From a virus (taxonomy: Duplodnaviria; Heunggongvirae; Uroviricota; Caudoviricetes): a stretch of 26,777 bases of DNA. Every line of letters starts with the position of its first letter. Positions within the stretch are counted from its first letter, which is position 1. The notes under the pieces are model-generated. The model was not told the DNA's origin. It ran no database searches and was given only the letters and a program-made list of their open reading frames with translations. A program made the translations under genes and the position numbers. This document shows positions 1 through 9,108 of the stretch, piece after piece. The stretch spans positions 1 through 26,777 of IMG/VR virus record IMGVR_UViG_2778261535_000011; one strand, 5' to 3'.

Positions 1-2283
1 CTGAATAAGAACATTCACCTTTACGTAATTATCATTCACGACAACTCGAGACACTTTAACAGCCTGTTTCCAGATATCATTGTCAATTTCGCCTGATACC
101 ACGCCTTTTTTCGCCATCACACCAGCGTAATAGTCCTTTGCGATCTCGTATGCCATTGATGCCCCCTGAGCATCACCAGCAAATGCATCCTTCACCATGT
201 CAGAAAACTCAAGGCGAAGATCAGCATCTTTAGGCATCGGAATACCTTTCGCGTCATCAGTACCTTTACGAGCCGCCGCGCCAGCAAGAATTGTCTGCGC
301 AGCGGTTTCAGGAGACACGGAAACATCCGGATTAAACCAGTTTTTTTCTGCCAAAATACCACCTGGCTTATCCATCAGTATCCCGGCAACGGCAGCAGAT
401 GGAGCGTTGGCACTGATCTGCTGTAGTGCTGACATATACACCTGCCCACCACCAGTGCTCTGCCTGATGGTATCGAGATATGCTGCCTGTTGGGAAACGG
501 GCGCATCACGAAAGAAAACACCGATCTGATTGGCCTCGTCTTTGGAAAAGAACGTCAGTGGAGTGCCATATGACTTAGCAAGGTCACTGACCTGAGCGGC
601 ACGCAAGGCAACGCTCTGTCCAAAGTTATCCTTATTGCTCATGTCGATAGGCTTTGCCTGTCCGGCGGCAAGAGAGAACTGTACAGGATCAGCCTGTCGC
701 TGCTTTATCACCTGACTTGCAGCCGACACAACGTTGTCATAAAGAGCGGCTCGTGCCGCATAACCCTCCCCTGTCTCACCAGTATCCGGGCGTAATTGCT
801 CAACATATGCTGTAATGCTGCTTGTCGGCATGTTGCGGAAAGAGCCTATATACTGTCCGGCGATTTGCGTATTTCTGAACTCGGTATATCGCAGGTTTCC
901 TTCTCTGACTCCATAAGCTGCAATAAAATCAGCCTCACCAGGTGGGTTAGGAAATTCAACGCCACGCATATACGCAGCTGTCGCATCGCGAACCTGGCTG
1001 TCAATCATCGTTTTATATTCAGCCTGCTGCTGCCGACGCAGTTGATCCGCCTGTCGCATAAAACTTGCCTGCGCCTCAGGAGATGCCGCATCGAATGCTG
1101 CATTACCGGTATAGCGTTTGGTGTTGGTTGGAATTGTTGATAAACCAAGTGCTGCACTGACACCAGCAGTTAACTGCTGATCACTGTATGGCTGGCTACC
1201 GTTCTCATGATGGATAATGGCTGCACAAAGCGCCTTCAGGGTATCAGGATTAGATGCATCGAGAGGCTCATCAGCAGAAACGCCAAGTTGTTCGCACACT
1301 GCTTTGATATACGACATAGTGTCATTTTTATCAGTAGGCGGTGCCCAGCGATTAATTATCTCGCTGACGGTATCAATACCCTGCCTCTGATACGACATCA
1401 GGTTCCGCCCTAATGCACGAATCCCGTGTTCAGGTGTTTCGAATTTAGCAAATCGACCATCATCACCGGTCTGGCCTACCCACGGATTAGTTTTGCTGTA
1501 TTCGAGATTTCCTGGGTTATTGTTGCGTATGCCACGGGCACGCTCGGAAGAGTCACTATCTGCTACAGCACGGCGAGCTCCAGCAGCAGTATCACTTAAC
1601 TCGCCATTACTTTGGATGAATGCGGTCGCATTGTTTGCCGACCACTGGGACAATGCAGCATCAGCAACCTTCTCTTTAAACTCGATTTTCTTGGCCTGGA
1701 TTTGCTCGTTGCTCCAGCCATGTGCAACACCGTACTCCTCAATTTGCTGGAAAGTTTGCTTGTTAGCCAATACGTATGCGGCGTTGTCGCCATACAATGC
1801 TGCGGCATTTTTACCATTGTTCAGCAGTGTCGCCTGAAACTGGCCTTCTTCGTAGGCATTAATTTGCCCTATCTCGTGTCGCCCGGCCTGCGTAGTGAAC
1901 TGAATGCGCTGCTGCTGCGCCTGCTGCATGAAAGCATTACGAGCCTGTTCATCCGGCAGCGACATAGCCAGTTGTTCGACCTGAGCATCAAACTGCTGCG
2001 TATACTCCTGACCTTTTCCAATAGCATTTTTCCCTTTCAGGTTAAGCAAACCTGTTTCAGGGTTATTCAGCAGATCTCTGCCTGTCTGACTGAGTTTAAG
2101 TGATGCCTCCTGAACCAAGGCAATATTGGCACGCTGTTTTGCCTGACCCAGAACATCAATTGCCTCTGTCCCTGCCCGAACAAAAGCATCACTAATACCT
2201 GGCTGAGAAAACGTCTGCAAGCCTGCTGACTGAACTCCACGACTCTCAACCTGACGTCCGGATACTGTTGGTACGACTGGCAT
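1..2283 (-). CDS. Large virion protein, N-terminal 761 codons (internal virion / DNA-ejection protein position); 3' end lies outside the window
   Basis: Seen: ATG at 2283 preceded by GGAGG (rev-comp of 2290-2294); the frame is open to position 1 (2283 nt = 761 codons, no stop when read by eye). Not in the ORF track because it has no stop in the window. Gln/Ala-rich protein. Inference: position after a gp13-like small protein in a T7-like order suggests an internal core/ejection protein. Confidence 0.55.
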   Translation of the reverse strand, partial: MPVVPTVSGRQVESRGVQSAGLQTFSQPGISDAFVRAGTEAIDVLGQAKQRANIALVQEASLKLSQTGRDLLNNPETGLLNLKGKNAIGKGQEYTQQFDAQVEQLAMSLPDEQARNAFMQQAQQQRIQFTTQAGRHEIGQINAYEEGQFQATLLNNGKNAAALYGDNAAYVLANKQTFQQIEEYGVAHGWSNEQIQAKKIEFKEKVADAALSQWSANNATAFIQSNGELSDTAAGARRAVADSDSSERARGIRNNNPGNLEYSKTNPWVGQTGDDGRFAKFETPEHGIRALGRNLMSYQRQGIDTVSEIINRWAPPTDKNDTMSYIKAVCEQLGVSADEPLDASNPDTLKALCAAIIHHENGSQPYSDQQLTAGVSAALGLSTIPTNTKRYTGNAAFDAASPEAQASFMRQADQLRRQQQAEYKTMIDSQVRDATAAYMRGVEFPNPPGEADFIAAYGVREGNLRYTEFRNTQIAGQYIGSFRNMPTSSITAYVEQLRPDTGETGEGYAARAALYDNVVSAASQVIKQRQADPVQFSLAAGQAKPIDMSNKDNFGQSVALRAAQVSDLAKSYGTPLTFFSKDEANQIGVFFRDAPVSQQAAYLDTIRQSTGGGQVYMSALQQISANAPSAAVAGILMDKPGGILAEKNWFNPDVSVSPETAAQTILAGAAARKGTDDAKGIPMPKDADLRLEFSDMVKDAFAGDAQGASMAYEIAKDYYAGVMAKKGVVSGEIDNDIWKQAVKVSRVVVNDNYVKVNVLIQ

Positions 2284-2363
2284 TATAATCCTCCGGGTAA
2301 TCTGGTTCCTGCTGCTGCCACTCATGGCGAGCATTGCGCCACCAGCAATAACCGGATCGCACA

Positions 2364-2828
2364 TTATTTTCTCTCCATGTGAAATCTGTGGAAATTAAGA
2401 CCAAGAGCACCATAAGGCGCGGCTTCTTCAAGCCTGAATCCAAGCCAGTGCAGCCATGCTTTGGCAACATGGTTTCGCTCGTCGACGTAGTTTTCCAGGC
2501 GCGGATAAACTGCCAACATCTGCTGCAATACAGGTCGGCAGTGGCGAAGAAATGTATTCTGATATTTTTCAATACGGCTGGTACCGACCAGCCAGGGCGT
2601 ACCATTGCCACCGATCATTGACGCCGGAGATACACCAAACATGGTTACCAGTTCTCCGTTCGCGAACCCTGACCAGGCCATAGTCGCAGTGCGCAGACCA
2701 ACACGCAGCGCATCTTCGGTAGTCATCAGCGATACCGCATACAGTTCGTCAATATCAGCCTGACGAACATCCGGCAAAATCATCTGAAGATGCTCTTCGG
2801 TAGCGGGAATAATTTGAACATCGATCAT
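2364..2828 (-). CDS. Virion protein, 154 aa (T7 gp13-like position)
   Basis: Seen: ORF whose start overlaps the stop of the upstream 823-aa gene at 2828 (translational coupling). Function inferred from position only. Confidence 0.5.
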   Translation of the reverse strand: MIDVQIIPATEEHLQMILPDVRQADIDELYAVSLMTTEDALRVGLRTATMAWSGFANGELVTMFGVSPASMIGGNGTPWLVGTSRIEKYQNTFLRHCRPVLQQMLAVYPRLENYVDERNHVAKAWLHWLGFRLEEAAPYGALGLNFHRFHMERK

Positions 2829-5299
2829 CAGAATCCCCCAACAGTAAGGCGAGGAATAACGGCAAGAACAGACAGCGGCAACGGATCAAGCTGACGGATT
2901 TTTACACGTCCGTTTTTGCCCCAGTTACTGTCCAGTTTCACTTCTACTTTTCCGGTAGCGTCATCAACAGGATCATCGTAGAACTCGAATTCACGCTGTG
3001 GATATTCGTACCATTTACCGCCGGGCGTAGTCGCCCAGATGCCGCGACTGGCATTCACAACCAGAGTAACGGAGGGGATCACCTGTTTTTTGTCCAGCAG
3101 CGTTTCCTGTCCGTTAATGTTGATATCCAGTGTTTCGAATTCAGCAGTTATTGGCAGGCCGATGTGCACTACAGCCCCCGGAGATTCCAGCGTGACGGCA
3201 CCTCCGGAAACCACTTTCTGTGGTTCCACGTTCGCATCAGAGAGAATGTTTACGGTCTGGCCTTCAAGATGAGACAGGCCTCCAAATGTCCGGCGCGCCA
3301 TCTGCCAGTTCGTGGTGGCCGCATTCCTGAGGGATGGCGGGACGTTCCTGTTGGCACGAACCACTACAGCGATATTGCTGGTTACAGAAATAATGTCGCA
3401 ACGTAATTCTTTTGACACTTCATCGCCAGTATCAGGATCAGTTCCGGCATAAGGGAACTGTAGTTGCGCACCGACATCACTACTGGTGAAGTACGCACCA
3501 CCAGAAACACTGATTGTATATTCCGCGCGGTAATCCCATTCACCAGAACCACCAGTGATGGTCATCGTTCTGTCAGACGTATTTCTTCCATCATAGCTAA
3601 GGCCAGAATCAACAAAGAAAGCATCTTCATCGCTGGTAAATAAACGGCTAGACAGTCGCTCTATGTATCTCACTGTTTGCCCGTTAACGGTTCGGTTAAC
3701 GACGAAATACACCGCATCTTCATTGCCTTCGCTGATACTGCATGTGCTTTCATATTTCCCGGTACTGGATTGTGGTGCCCATGCAAAAACCTGCTGATCA
3801 CGCAAATAGGTCATCACCAGTAATTTACCGTCATCACGAATGCAGAAGGCGCTGGAGTAAGGGACAATAGAGAAGCACCAGTCAACAATGCTGTGCTTCT
3901 GAAAAAGATGATTGGCAAGGATAGTAAGGTCGTTCCCCTGATAGCCATCAACATCGAATGAGTAGGCCAGATCACGGACAACACTGCCTTTCTCCTGGAC
4001 GAACAGAGCAATATTCGCCACAGCAATTGGTGGGACGTTGCTTGAGCCATTTGATCCCTGAGAGCTGAATGCAAATGATGATGGGGTTAACACTTTGTTC
4101 TGGTCGCCGGTGATGACGTACTCACCTCCGGAAGTCAGCGCCACCAGCGAACCAACATCAATCAGGTGGCGGATCTCATTAACCTGACGCCCGGCATAGG
4201 TGTAGATAATTCTGTCGTCATCCTGCGTAGGATTGCTTTTGCCAAAATCCTTATAATCCCCAGTACGGCTGGCCCAGATAGTCTGAGGGAACGCAGTCGA
4301 TGCGGCGAAGTAAAGACGTTGTTGATAATAAACAACAGTGCCAGGATAACCATTAACACTGTTCCAGGCATATTTAGCCCATTTATAGCTGGCATTATCC
4401 TCGCCAACGACCTGCGAAGGGATATAGGAAATCACCTCAGCAGTTGCAGTAGTGCCGTTTACAGCAGTGATACGGGCAATGCCAAAACCACTGTGCAGAT
4501 ACTCCCACTCAATGCCAGTATCATCATCACCGGATCCGCCCCAGCCATCCCATGATGTGCCTTCTGTATGCGAAGGGCGCAAAGTACCTGTTTTGCCTGC
4601 TGTAACGGCGCGATAGTAGTTACTGTCTGCACGGCGAATATCGCCAATCGACGTACTCTTACTGGTTTCCCATACCGGCACAGAATCCACTGCAGGCTGT
4701 TCCAGATAGAACAATTTGCCTACCTGCTCCGCGCCAAAAATAGAGGCGCTTGCCGTTAACGTAATTGTCCCGGTGCTGGCGCTGGCATAAACCGTCACTG
4801 ACTCGTCAATATTGATATCTTCAAATGGCCCGTTCTTCGTTACCACATCAACCAGTTGCCAGTTGTCATGCGCATAGCGGCGCAACTCTTTCGGCGGGTA
4901 TGCCGGATGAACCAGCGTAAGCACGTCTGCGCTTTGCGTGAATTTAATTCGGAACAGATCGGCTTCGGTATATGGCGTGGCAATTTCATAAATAACATTG
5001 CTGCTGTTCAGCACCAACGCACCATCTTTGATAACGCGCATGTACTGGTGTCCGAACTCCAGAGCATAAGTCTGAACCGTCGAGAACTGGAACGGGATCA
5101 GACGGCATTTCCGATTTGGGTATTTGGCGGCACCGACAAAACGCGTACCAGGTCGATTCTCAACGCCGCCATACTGCCGCACGATAAAATTATCGCACTT
5201 GCGCAATGCCACCTGGTACTTCGCCATGTCGATACGTCCGTACAACGACGGTCCAATCTCACCACCAGCAAAGCTGGGCTGGATCCAACTGATAGCCAT
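2828..5299 (-). CDS. Tail tubular protein B-like (nozzle), 823 aa
   Basis: Seen: 823-aa ORF coupled to the flanking genes by overlapping stop/start. Inference: size and position directly after a gp11-like protein match the T7 gp11/gp12 pair (196/794 aa). Confidence 0.55.
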   Translation of the reverse strand: MAISWIQPSFAGGEIGPSLYGRIDMAKYQVALRKCDNFIVRQYGGVENRPGTRFVGAAKYPNRKCRLIPFQFSTVQTYALEFGHQYMRVIKDGALVLNSSNVIYEIATPYTEADLFRIKFTQSADVLTLVHPAYPPKELRRYAHDNWQLVDVVTKNGPFEDINIDESVTVYASASTGTITLTASASIFGAEQVGKLFYLEQPAVDSVPVWETSKSTSIGDIRRADSNYYRAVTAGKTGTLRPSHTEGTSWDGWGGSGDDDTGIEWEYLHSGFGIARITAVNGTTATAEVISYIPSQVVGEDNASYKWAKYAWNSVNGYPGTVVYYQQRLYFAASTAFPQTIWASRTGDYKDFGKSNPTQDDDRIIYTYAGRQVNEIRHLIDVGSLVALTSGGEYVITGDQNKVLTPSSFAFSSQGSNGSSNVPPIAVANIALFVQEKGSVVRDLAYSFDVDGYQGNDLTILANHLFQKHSIVDWCFSIVPYSSAFCIRDDGKLLVMTYLRDQQVFAWAPQSSTGKYESTCSISEGNEDAVYFVVNRTVNGQTVRYIERLSSRLFTSDEDAFFVDSGLSYDGRNTSDRTMTITGGSGEWDYRAEYTISVSGGAYFTSSDVGAQLQFPYAGTDPDTGDEVSKELRCDIISVTSNIAVVVRANRNVPPSLRNAATTNWQMARRTFGGLSHLEGQTVNILSDANVEPQKVVSGGAVTLESPGAVVHIGLPITAEFETLDININGQETLLDKKQVIPSVTLVVNASRGIWATTPGGKWYEYPQREFEFYDDPVDDATGKVEVKLDSNWGKNGRVKIRQLDPLPLSVLAVIPRLTVGGF

Positions 5300-5904
5300 C
5301 AGGACAACCTCGCAATGGTAAACTCATCAACCGGTGGCTGTGGTTCCTGTGATTCATTCTGGCTATGCGAGCCAGCACTAAGAATCACGCGATTGTACAT
5401 ATTGAGGGCAAACGTACCGAGGTCTGCATTCCCAGTCAGCGCCATGTTAATAGCTGCCGCAAGACGCCAGGCCAGCGCCTCCATAAAAATGGCATCAAAC
5501 ATGTTCACATCTGTAACGCGAGAGACATACTTGAGCCATGCCTGCGGCTGGTCTGTGTAGATCAATTTTCCTGTTCCGTTGGTGTCTGCACCAACTTCGT
5601 ACTGAACGCGCATTGCTGCTGTTGGATTACGTACACCAGGAAGCATAATTTCAGTAATGCGCAGACAATCGGACGGGTACTGGTACGCATATTCCCAGTC
5701 AGGCGGTGGATTGCTCGTATCTGCAAGCGCCACGCGTTTGGTAGCAAAGTTCCAGTCAAAATCAGAAAGAACAGCATCACGGCAGGCCTCAAAGTGCAGC
5801 GAACATTCCCCCGCTTCCTTGCTGGCTTCCGTCAGGCTGTTAATGCTGCGGCTGTTGCCAATATTGGACAGCGCACGATTGCAGATCTCTACTACAGAGG
5901 CCAT
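5299..5904 (-). CDS. Tail tubular protein A-like (adaptor), 201 aa
   Basis: Seen: 201-aa ORF. The N-terminal pattern (ICNRALSNIG...INSLTE...FDWNF) resembles the T7 gp11 N-terminus as recalled from memory (VNDILASIGEPPVSTLEG...SRGWTF); unverified. Confidence 0.5.
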   Translation of the reverse strand: MASVVEICNRALSNIGNSRSINSLTEASKEAGECSLHFEACRDAVLSDFDWNFATKRVALADTSNPPPDWEYAYQYPSDCLRITEIMLPGVRNPTAAMRVQYEVGADTNGTGKLIYTDQPQAWLKYVSRVTDVNMFDAIFMEALAWRLAAAINMALTGNADLGTFALNMYNRVILSAGSHSQNESQEPQPPVDEFTIARLS

Positions 5905-6233
5905 TACTCCCCCCCATTGCCGTACAGAGTTTCAGCCGCTGATTTTTCTACATCCCCGGAAACAGGAGCGATCGCCATATCAGTGATCTGCAGATCGGCG
6001 CTGCGATTAACACCATCGTCAGTTTCTCTGGCAGACAGGCCTCGAATAACAGCCTTTGCAGTTATCATCACTTCTGTTCCGACGCCCTGAGGTTGCGCCT
6101 TCAGCTTATTCAATGTGTCGTTATTCAGCGTGATGCACAGCCCCCACGGGTATTCATCGCGAGTTCTGGTTTCTCCGCTCTCATCCTGGTAGCTGTCAGT
6201 GCCGGTTTTGAGGTTTACGAGTTCCATATACAC
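5904..6233 (-). CDS. Small virion/connector protein, about 107-109 aa
   Basis: Seen: ORF in the late operon. Two candidate ATGs (6233 and 6227); GGAG is better spaced for 6227. Confidence 0.45.
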   Translation of the reverse strand: MYMELVNLKTGTDSYQDESGETRTRDEYPWGLCITLNNDTLNKLKAQPQGVGTEVMITAKAVIRGLSARETDDGVNRSADLQITDMAIAPVSGDVEKSAAETLYGNGGE

Positions 6234-6236
6234 TCC

Positions 6237-6260
6237 TGCAATAAAGGGGCCGAAGCCCCT
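6237..6260 (-). terminator. Intrinsic terminator-like hairpin inside the late operon (AGGGGC-ttcg-GCCCCT followed by TTATT on the minus strand)
   Basis: Seen: 6-bp GC stem at 6245-6250/6255-6260 with a 4-nt loop and a short T-run on the minus strand, between the 114-aa and 109-aa genes. Confidence 0.45.
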
Positions 6261-6277
6261 TGTCTGATCCGCGAGGC

Positions 6278-6622
6278 TTACACGCCCAGTTCTTTACGCT
6301 TATCTGCGATCTTCTCGCGGAGCGTTTCGGCTTTGGCGTTATGGTGTGGCTTCTCGTTATAGAGCAATTCGTACTCTTCACGGAGCTGATCCAGTTCACC
6401 ATCATCTGACACATCGTTGATGATTTTGGTGCTGGTTGCTGCCATAGACACCTTTCCGGCTACCTTTGCTTTTGCCTGTCTGGCTGCATCGTTAACAGGT
6501 TCCAGTGCGCTACCTGGCTCACCTTCGTATTCGATTTCTGCCCCCTCCGGCCACAGAGTGTTATGGATATGAGAGAGGCGCAGAACGCGGTATCTTGGTT
6601 TCTCACCTGACATCGATATCAC
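6278..6622 (-). CDS. Small virion protein, 114 aa
   Basis: Seen: ORF tightly packed (2-nt gap to the upstream gene). Function unknown. Confidence 0.45.
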   Translation of the reverse strand: MISMSGEKPRYRVLRLSHIHNTLWPEGAEIEYEGEPGSALEPVNDAARQAKAKVAGKVSMAATSTKIINDVSDDGELDQLREEYELLYNEKPHHNAKAETLREKIADKRKELGV

Positions 6623-6623
6623 C

Positions 6624-7061
6624 TTAACCAGTTACTTTTGAGCGGATCGGATACGGCGTATTGGCATCAACATCAAGACTGATACCAGCAGTGAATTTGC
6701 CGGCCGTTAGTGGGCCAGTTGCGACGGAGTAGTTAACACGCAGATATCGCTGAACACCGGCAGGCACCTTTGCAGAAACAACACGTTTACCTGCAGTCAT
6801 GGTGGCCTTTGCCAACGCACCACTATCATAAATAGTGGTCCAAGAGCTGTTATTCTCACTCGTCTGCAACTGGATGTTTACAGTTGCCTCACCACTTGCC
6901 GTGGCGGCTTCGTTAACCAGCGCCCAAAACTCAAGCGGGTAACCCACGCCGATATCGCGACGATTTCCATCAATTGGACCAAGATCGATTACGTCAGTAG
7001 AAGCCGCGGTATCAGTTACCGCCTGTGCTTCGGAGAACATCAACAGTTTGTCGGTGATCAT
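6624..7061 (-). CDS. Virion protein, 145 aa (possible capsid decoration / minor capsid protein)
   Basis: Seen: ORF immediately downstream of the major capsid gene; Ala/Thr/Gly/Val-rich, beta-rich-looking composition. Role inferred from position. Confidence 0.45.
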   Translation of the reverse strand: MITDKLLMFSEAQAVTDTAASTDVIDLGPIDGNRRDIGVGYPLEFWALVNEAATASGEATVNIQLQTSENNSSWTTIYDSGALAKATMTAGKRVVSAKVPAGVQRYLRVNYSVATGPLTAGKFTAGISLDVDANTPYPIRSKVTG

Positions 7062-7066
7062 CTTCT

Positions 7067-7088
7067 TTCTCCATTAGTGGGTCTGTTA
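7067..7088 (-). other. Stem-loop between major capsid gene and next gene (AGTGGGTC / GACCCACT, 8-bp stem)
   Basis: Seen: perfect 8-bp inverted repeat with a 6-nt loop, no T-run. Inference: mRNA stability or partial-termination element after the capsid gene, analogous in position to T7 T-phi. Confidence 0.4.
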
Positions 7089-7112
7089 CGACCCACTGGT
7101 TAATAACAGGCG

Positions 7113-8105
7113 TTACACCACACGGGCTTCTGTTTCCAGAAGCGCATCAGTTTCACGGATTGGTACACCACGGAATGAAGTCCACCACTCGCCTTCTGTC
7201 TCTTTTACGCTGATCGCCAGAGATGTTTTCTCCAGAGATTGCAGATCAAGAGCCTGGCCTACAGTGCGGTTCATGTAGAACACCGGGCGACCCATTCCAC
7301 GGTTTGGAATGCGATGCAGTGCTTTAACCATCAACTTCGCAATATTTGCGGCAGAGGAAGGTTCTGAAAGATTGCTGACATCGATGTTTGCAATGCGAAC
7401 AACATAACGCCAGTCACGCAGAGCAAGTCCGTTGTCCCATTTGTAATGGGTGCGATAGCCTTCGTACTTGCCGCCATTAGCATCTTTCAGTGTCACCTGG
7501 CCTTTATCTTCCATCTGGATGCCAGCCTTCTGCCCTTTCGGGAAGATGCCATGCACGGTGTTTTCGCCCCACACCACTAACCAGATTGAGGTGTTATCTG
7601 TACCCGTGCCACCAGCATCAATGATGTTCTGAGCATTACCCGCAGACAGGCTGGAATAGCGGGAGGACAGTCCCATAAACTGCTGAGGGTTAACGCTGGA
7701 ATCACCATAAAACAGCGTCTGCGCCATCTGCTGATTCATCGCTTCAATAAATGCGCGGTCTTCAGACAGGCGGAATTCAGCGGTATTGCCGTTCAGATCA
7801 GCCAGTGACTTATCGACTTCAGCATAGGTTTCCAGCATGCCAACGGAATCGGTTACCTGCACTGTGGTTGATTTGCTTGGCTGTACGCCATAGTTCAGCA
7901 AACGCCAGGTAGCTGAAGGTAAACCAGAACGAATGGTGGTTCGGTGTCCGGTAGGAAGGTTCCCTTCGACAAAAGGCATATCCTGAAGGATCGGGTTAGT
8001 TTGACCGAGAAGCTCGATAATCTTATCGACTTTCCCGTTTGGATCGACGCGCTTACCCCAGTCAGCCAGCGTTAGCGCAGTTAAGCCTTTAACAGCCATT
8101 GTCAT
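7113..8105 (-). CDS. Major capsid protein, 330 aa
   Basis: Seen: 330-aa ORF directly after an acidic scaffold-like gene and after portal. Inference from position and size (T7 gp10-like). Confidence 0.7.
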   Translation of the reverse strand: MTMAVKGLTALTLADWGKRVDPNGKVDKIIELLGQTNPILQDMPFVEGNLPTGHRTTIRSGLPSATWRLLNYGVQPSKSTTVQVTDSVGMLETYAEVDKSLADLNGNTAEFRLSEDRAFIEAMNQQMAQTLFYGDSSVNPQQFMGLSSRYSSLSAGNAQNIIDAGGTGTDNTSIWLVVWGENTVHGIFPKGQKAGIQMEDKGQVTLKDANGGKYEGYRTHYKWDNGLALRDWRYVVRIANIDVSNLSEPSSAANIAKLMVKALHRIPNRGMGRPVFYMNRTVGQALDLQSLEKTSLAISVKETEGEWWTSFRGVPIRETDALLETEARVV

Positions 8106-8113
8106 TTCCTCTC

Positions 8114-8815
8114 TTATTTGCCATAGAGCACTTCGGCCGCACTACGCTGGCCTTCATTACCACCGGTGACCATGCCATCTTCAGACATCGCCTTTCCGAT
8201 TTTCACGAACGTTTTGACCAGATCAGGGTGATTACCCAGCCCGGTGGTGTTCAGATATTCTTTGAGTTCAGGTGTCCCGAACTGGTCAAGCGCACGCTGT
8301 GCGGCGCTAAGGTTAGAAATCAACTTGTCGCCACCGATTTCTTTGTCAGCTTTTACATCCGCAGCCCACTGCTCGGTTGTTTTCTGCCAGGCTTCTGCCT
8401 GGCGCTGCTGAACACCTGCCAGAATCTTCGGATAAGCATCAACCAGCTTTTGCGCTTGCTCGTTGGTCAGGTTAAGTTCTCGCGCCACCGGCTCGAATTC
8501 CTTCAACGCTTCTGTATCCAGCTCTACGCCTTCGGCAGCCTGAAACTCGTACTTCTCAGGCGCACCCTCTGGTTTATCGCCGTCCTTTTTTTCATCCTGC
8601 TTATCGTTTTCAGGCTTTTTGTCATCAGCAGGTTTATCGCCATCAGCAACAGGTTGTGGCTTATCGCCTTCCTGTTGTGATGGATCACCAACTGGAGCAG
8701 GGGTATCACCTGCAGGCGCTGACGGTTCTGACGCAGCCGGAGCTGCTCCACCATCGACTGGTTGCTCATTGCAAAGACGGCGATACAGCAAACGCTCAAA
8801 TAAATTCATGATCAC
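8114..8815 (-). CDS. Scaffolding protein, about 233 aa
   Basis: Seen: acidic, Pro/Lys/Asp-rich low-complexity protein (PAPVGDPSQQEGDKPQPVADGDKPADDKKPENDKQDEKKDGDKPEG) between portal and capsid; ATGA overlap with the upstream gene. The true start may be an internal Met. Confidence 0.6.
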   Translation of the reverse strand: MIMNLFERLLYRRLCNEQPVDGGAAPAASEPSAPAGDTPAPVGDPSQQEGDKPQPVADGDKPADDKKPENDKQDEKKDGDKPEGAPEKYEFQAAEGVELDTEALKEFEPVARELNLTNEQAQKLVDAYPKILAGVQQRQAEAWQKTTEQWAADVKADKEIGGDKLISNLSAAQRALDQFGTPELKEYLNTTGLGNHPDLVKTFVKIGKAMSEDGMVTGGNEGQRSAAEVLYGK

Positions 8816-9108
8816 TCCTGTTCACTGGCCTCTTTGGCCATCTTCAAATACTGTTCAGGGCAATGCGCCATAACGCGCTGAAACAGTTCCAGCGCCAGAT
8901 TGCGTTGCCCCTCATTAAATGCCATTGCCATAGCGTCCATCGGTGAGATAGCGGAAAACACACGGCCTTTCTCCAGCACCGACCAGACAACGCGACGCCC
9001 TTGTTCACTGCTCATGACAAAGCGAATGTCATCAATTTCACGCTGCGCCATGTCACGTTGCTTACGGGCGTTTTCTTCTTTCAGTTGATCGTCTTCGTAA
9101 TCTGTCAT
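8812..9108 (-). CDS. Small head-assembly protein, 98 aa
   Basis: Seen: ORF translationally coupled to portal (overlap at 9105-9108) and to scaffold (8812-8815). Confidence 0.5.
   Translation of the reverse strand: MTDYEDDQLKEENARKQRDMAQREIDDIRFVMSSEQGRRVVWSVLEKGRVFSAISPMDAMAMAFNEGQRNLALELFQRVMAHCPEQYLKMAKEASEQE

Noticed and set aside
197-2103. Plus-strand track ORFs 197-529, 796-1140, 1207-1413, 1493-1837 and 1612-2103
   Set aside because: They lie antisense to a continuous 761-codon minus-strand frame that starts at ATG 2283 with a GGAGG RBS, and their products are Cys/Arg/Leu-rich with odd composition typical of shadow ORFs.
1-2283. Possible peptidoglycan-hydrolase-like segment inside the large virion protein
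   Set aside because: Based only on a vague impression of the hand-translated sequence with no recognisable catalytic motif; not reported as a feature.
8560-8720. Repetitive low-complexity DNA (TTATCGCC / CAGG motifs) inside the scaffold gene
   Set aside because: It is the coding sequence for the Pro/Asp/Lys-rich acidic linker of the scaffold protein, not a regulatory repeat.
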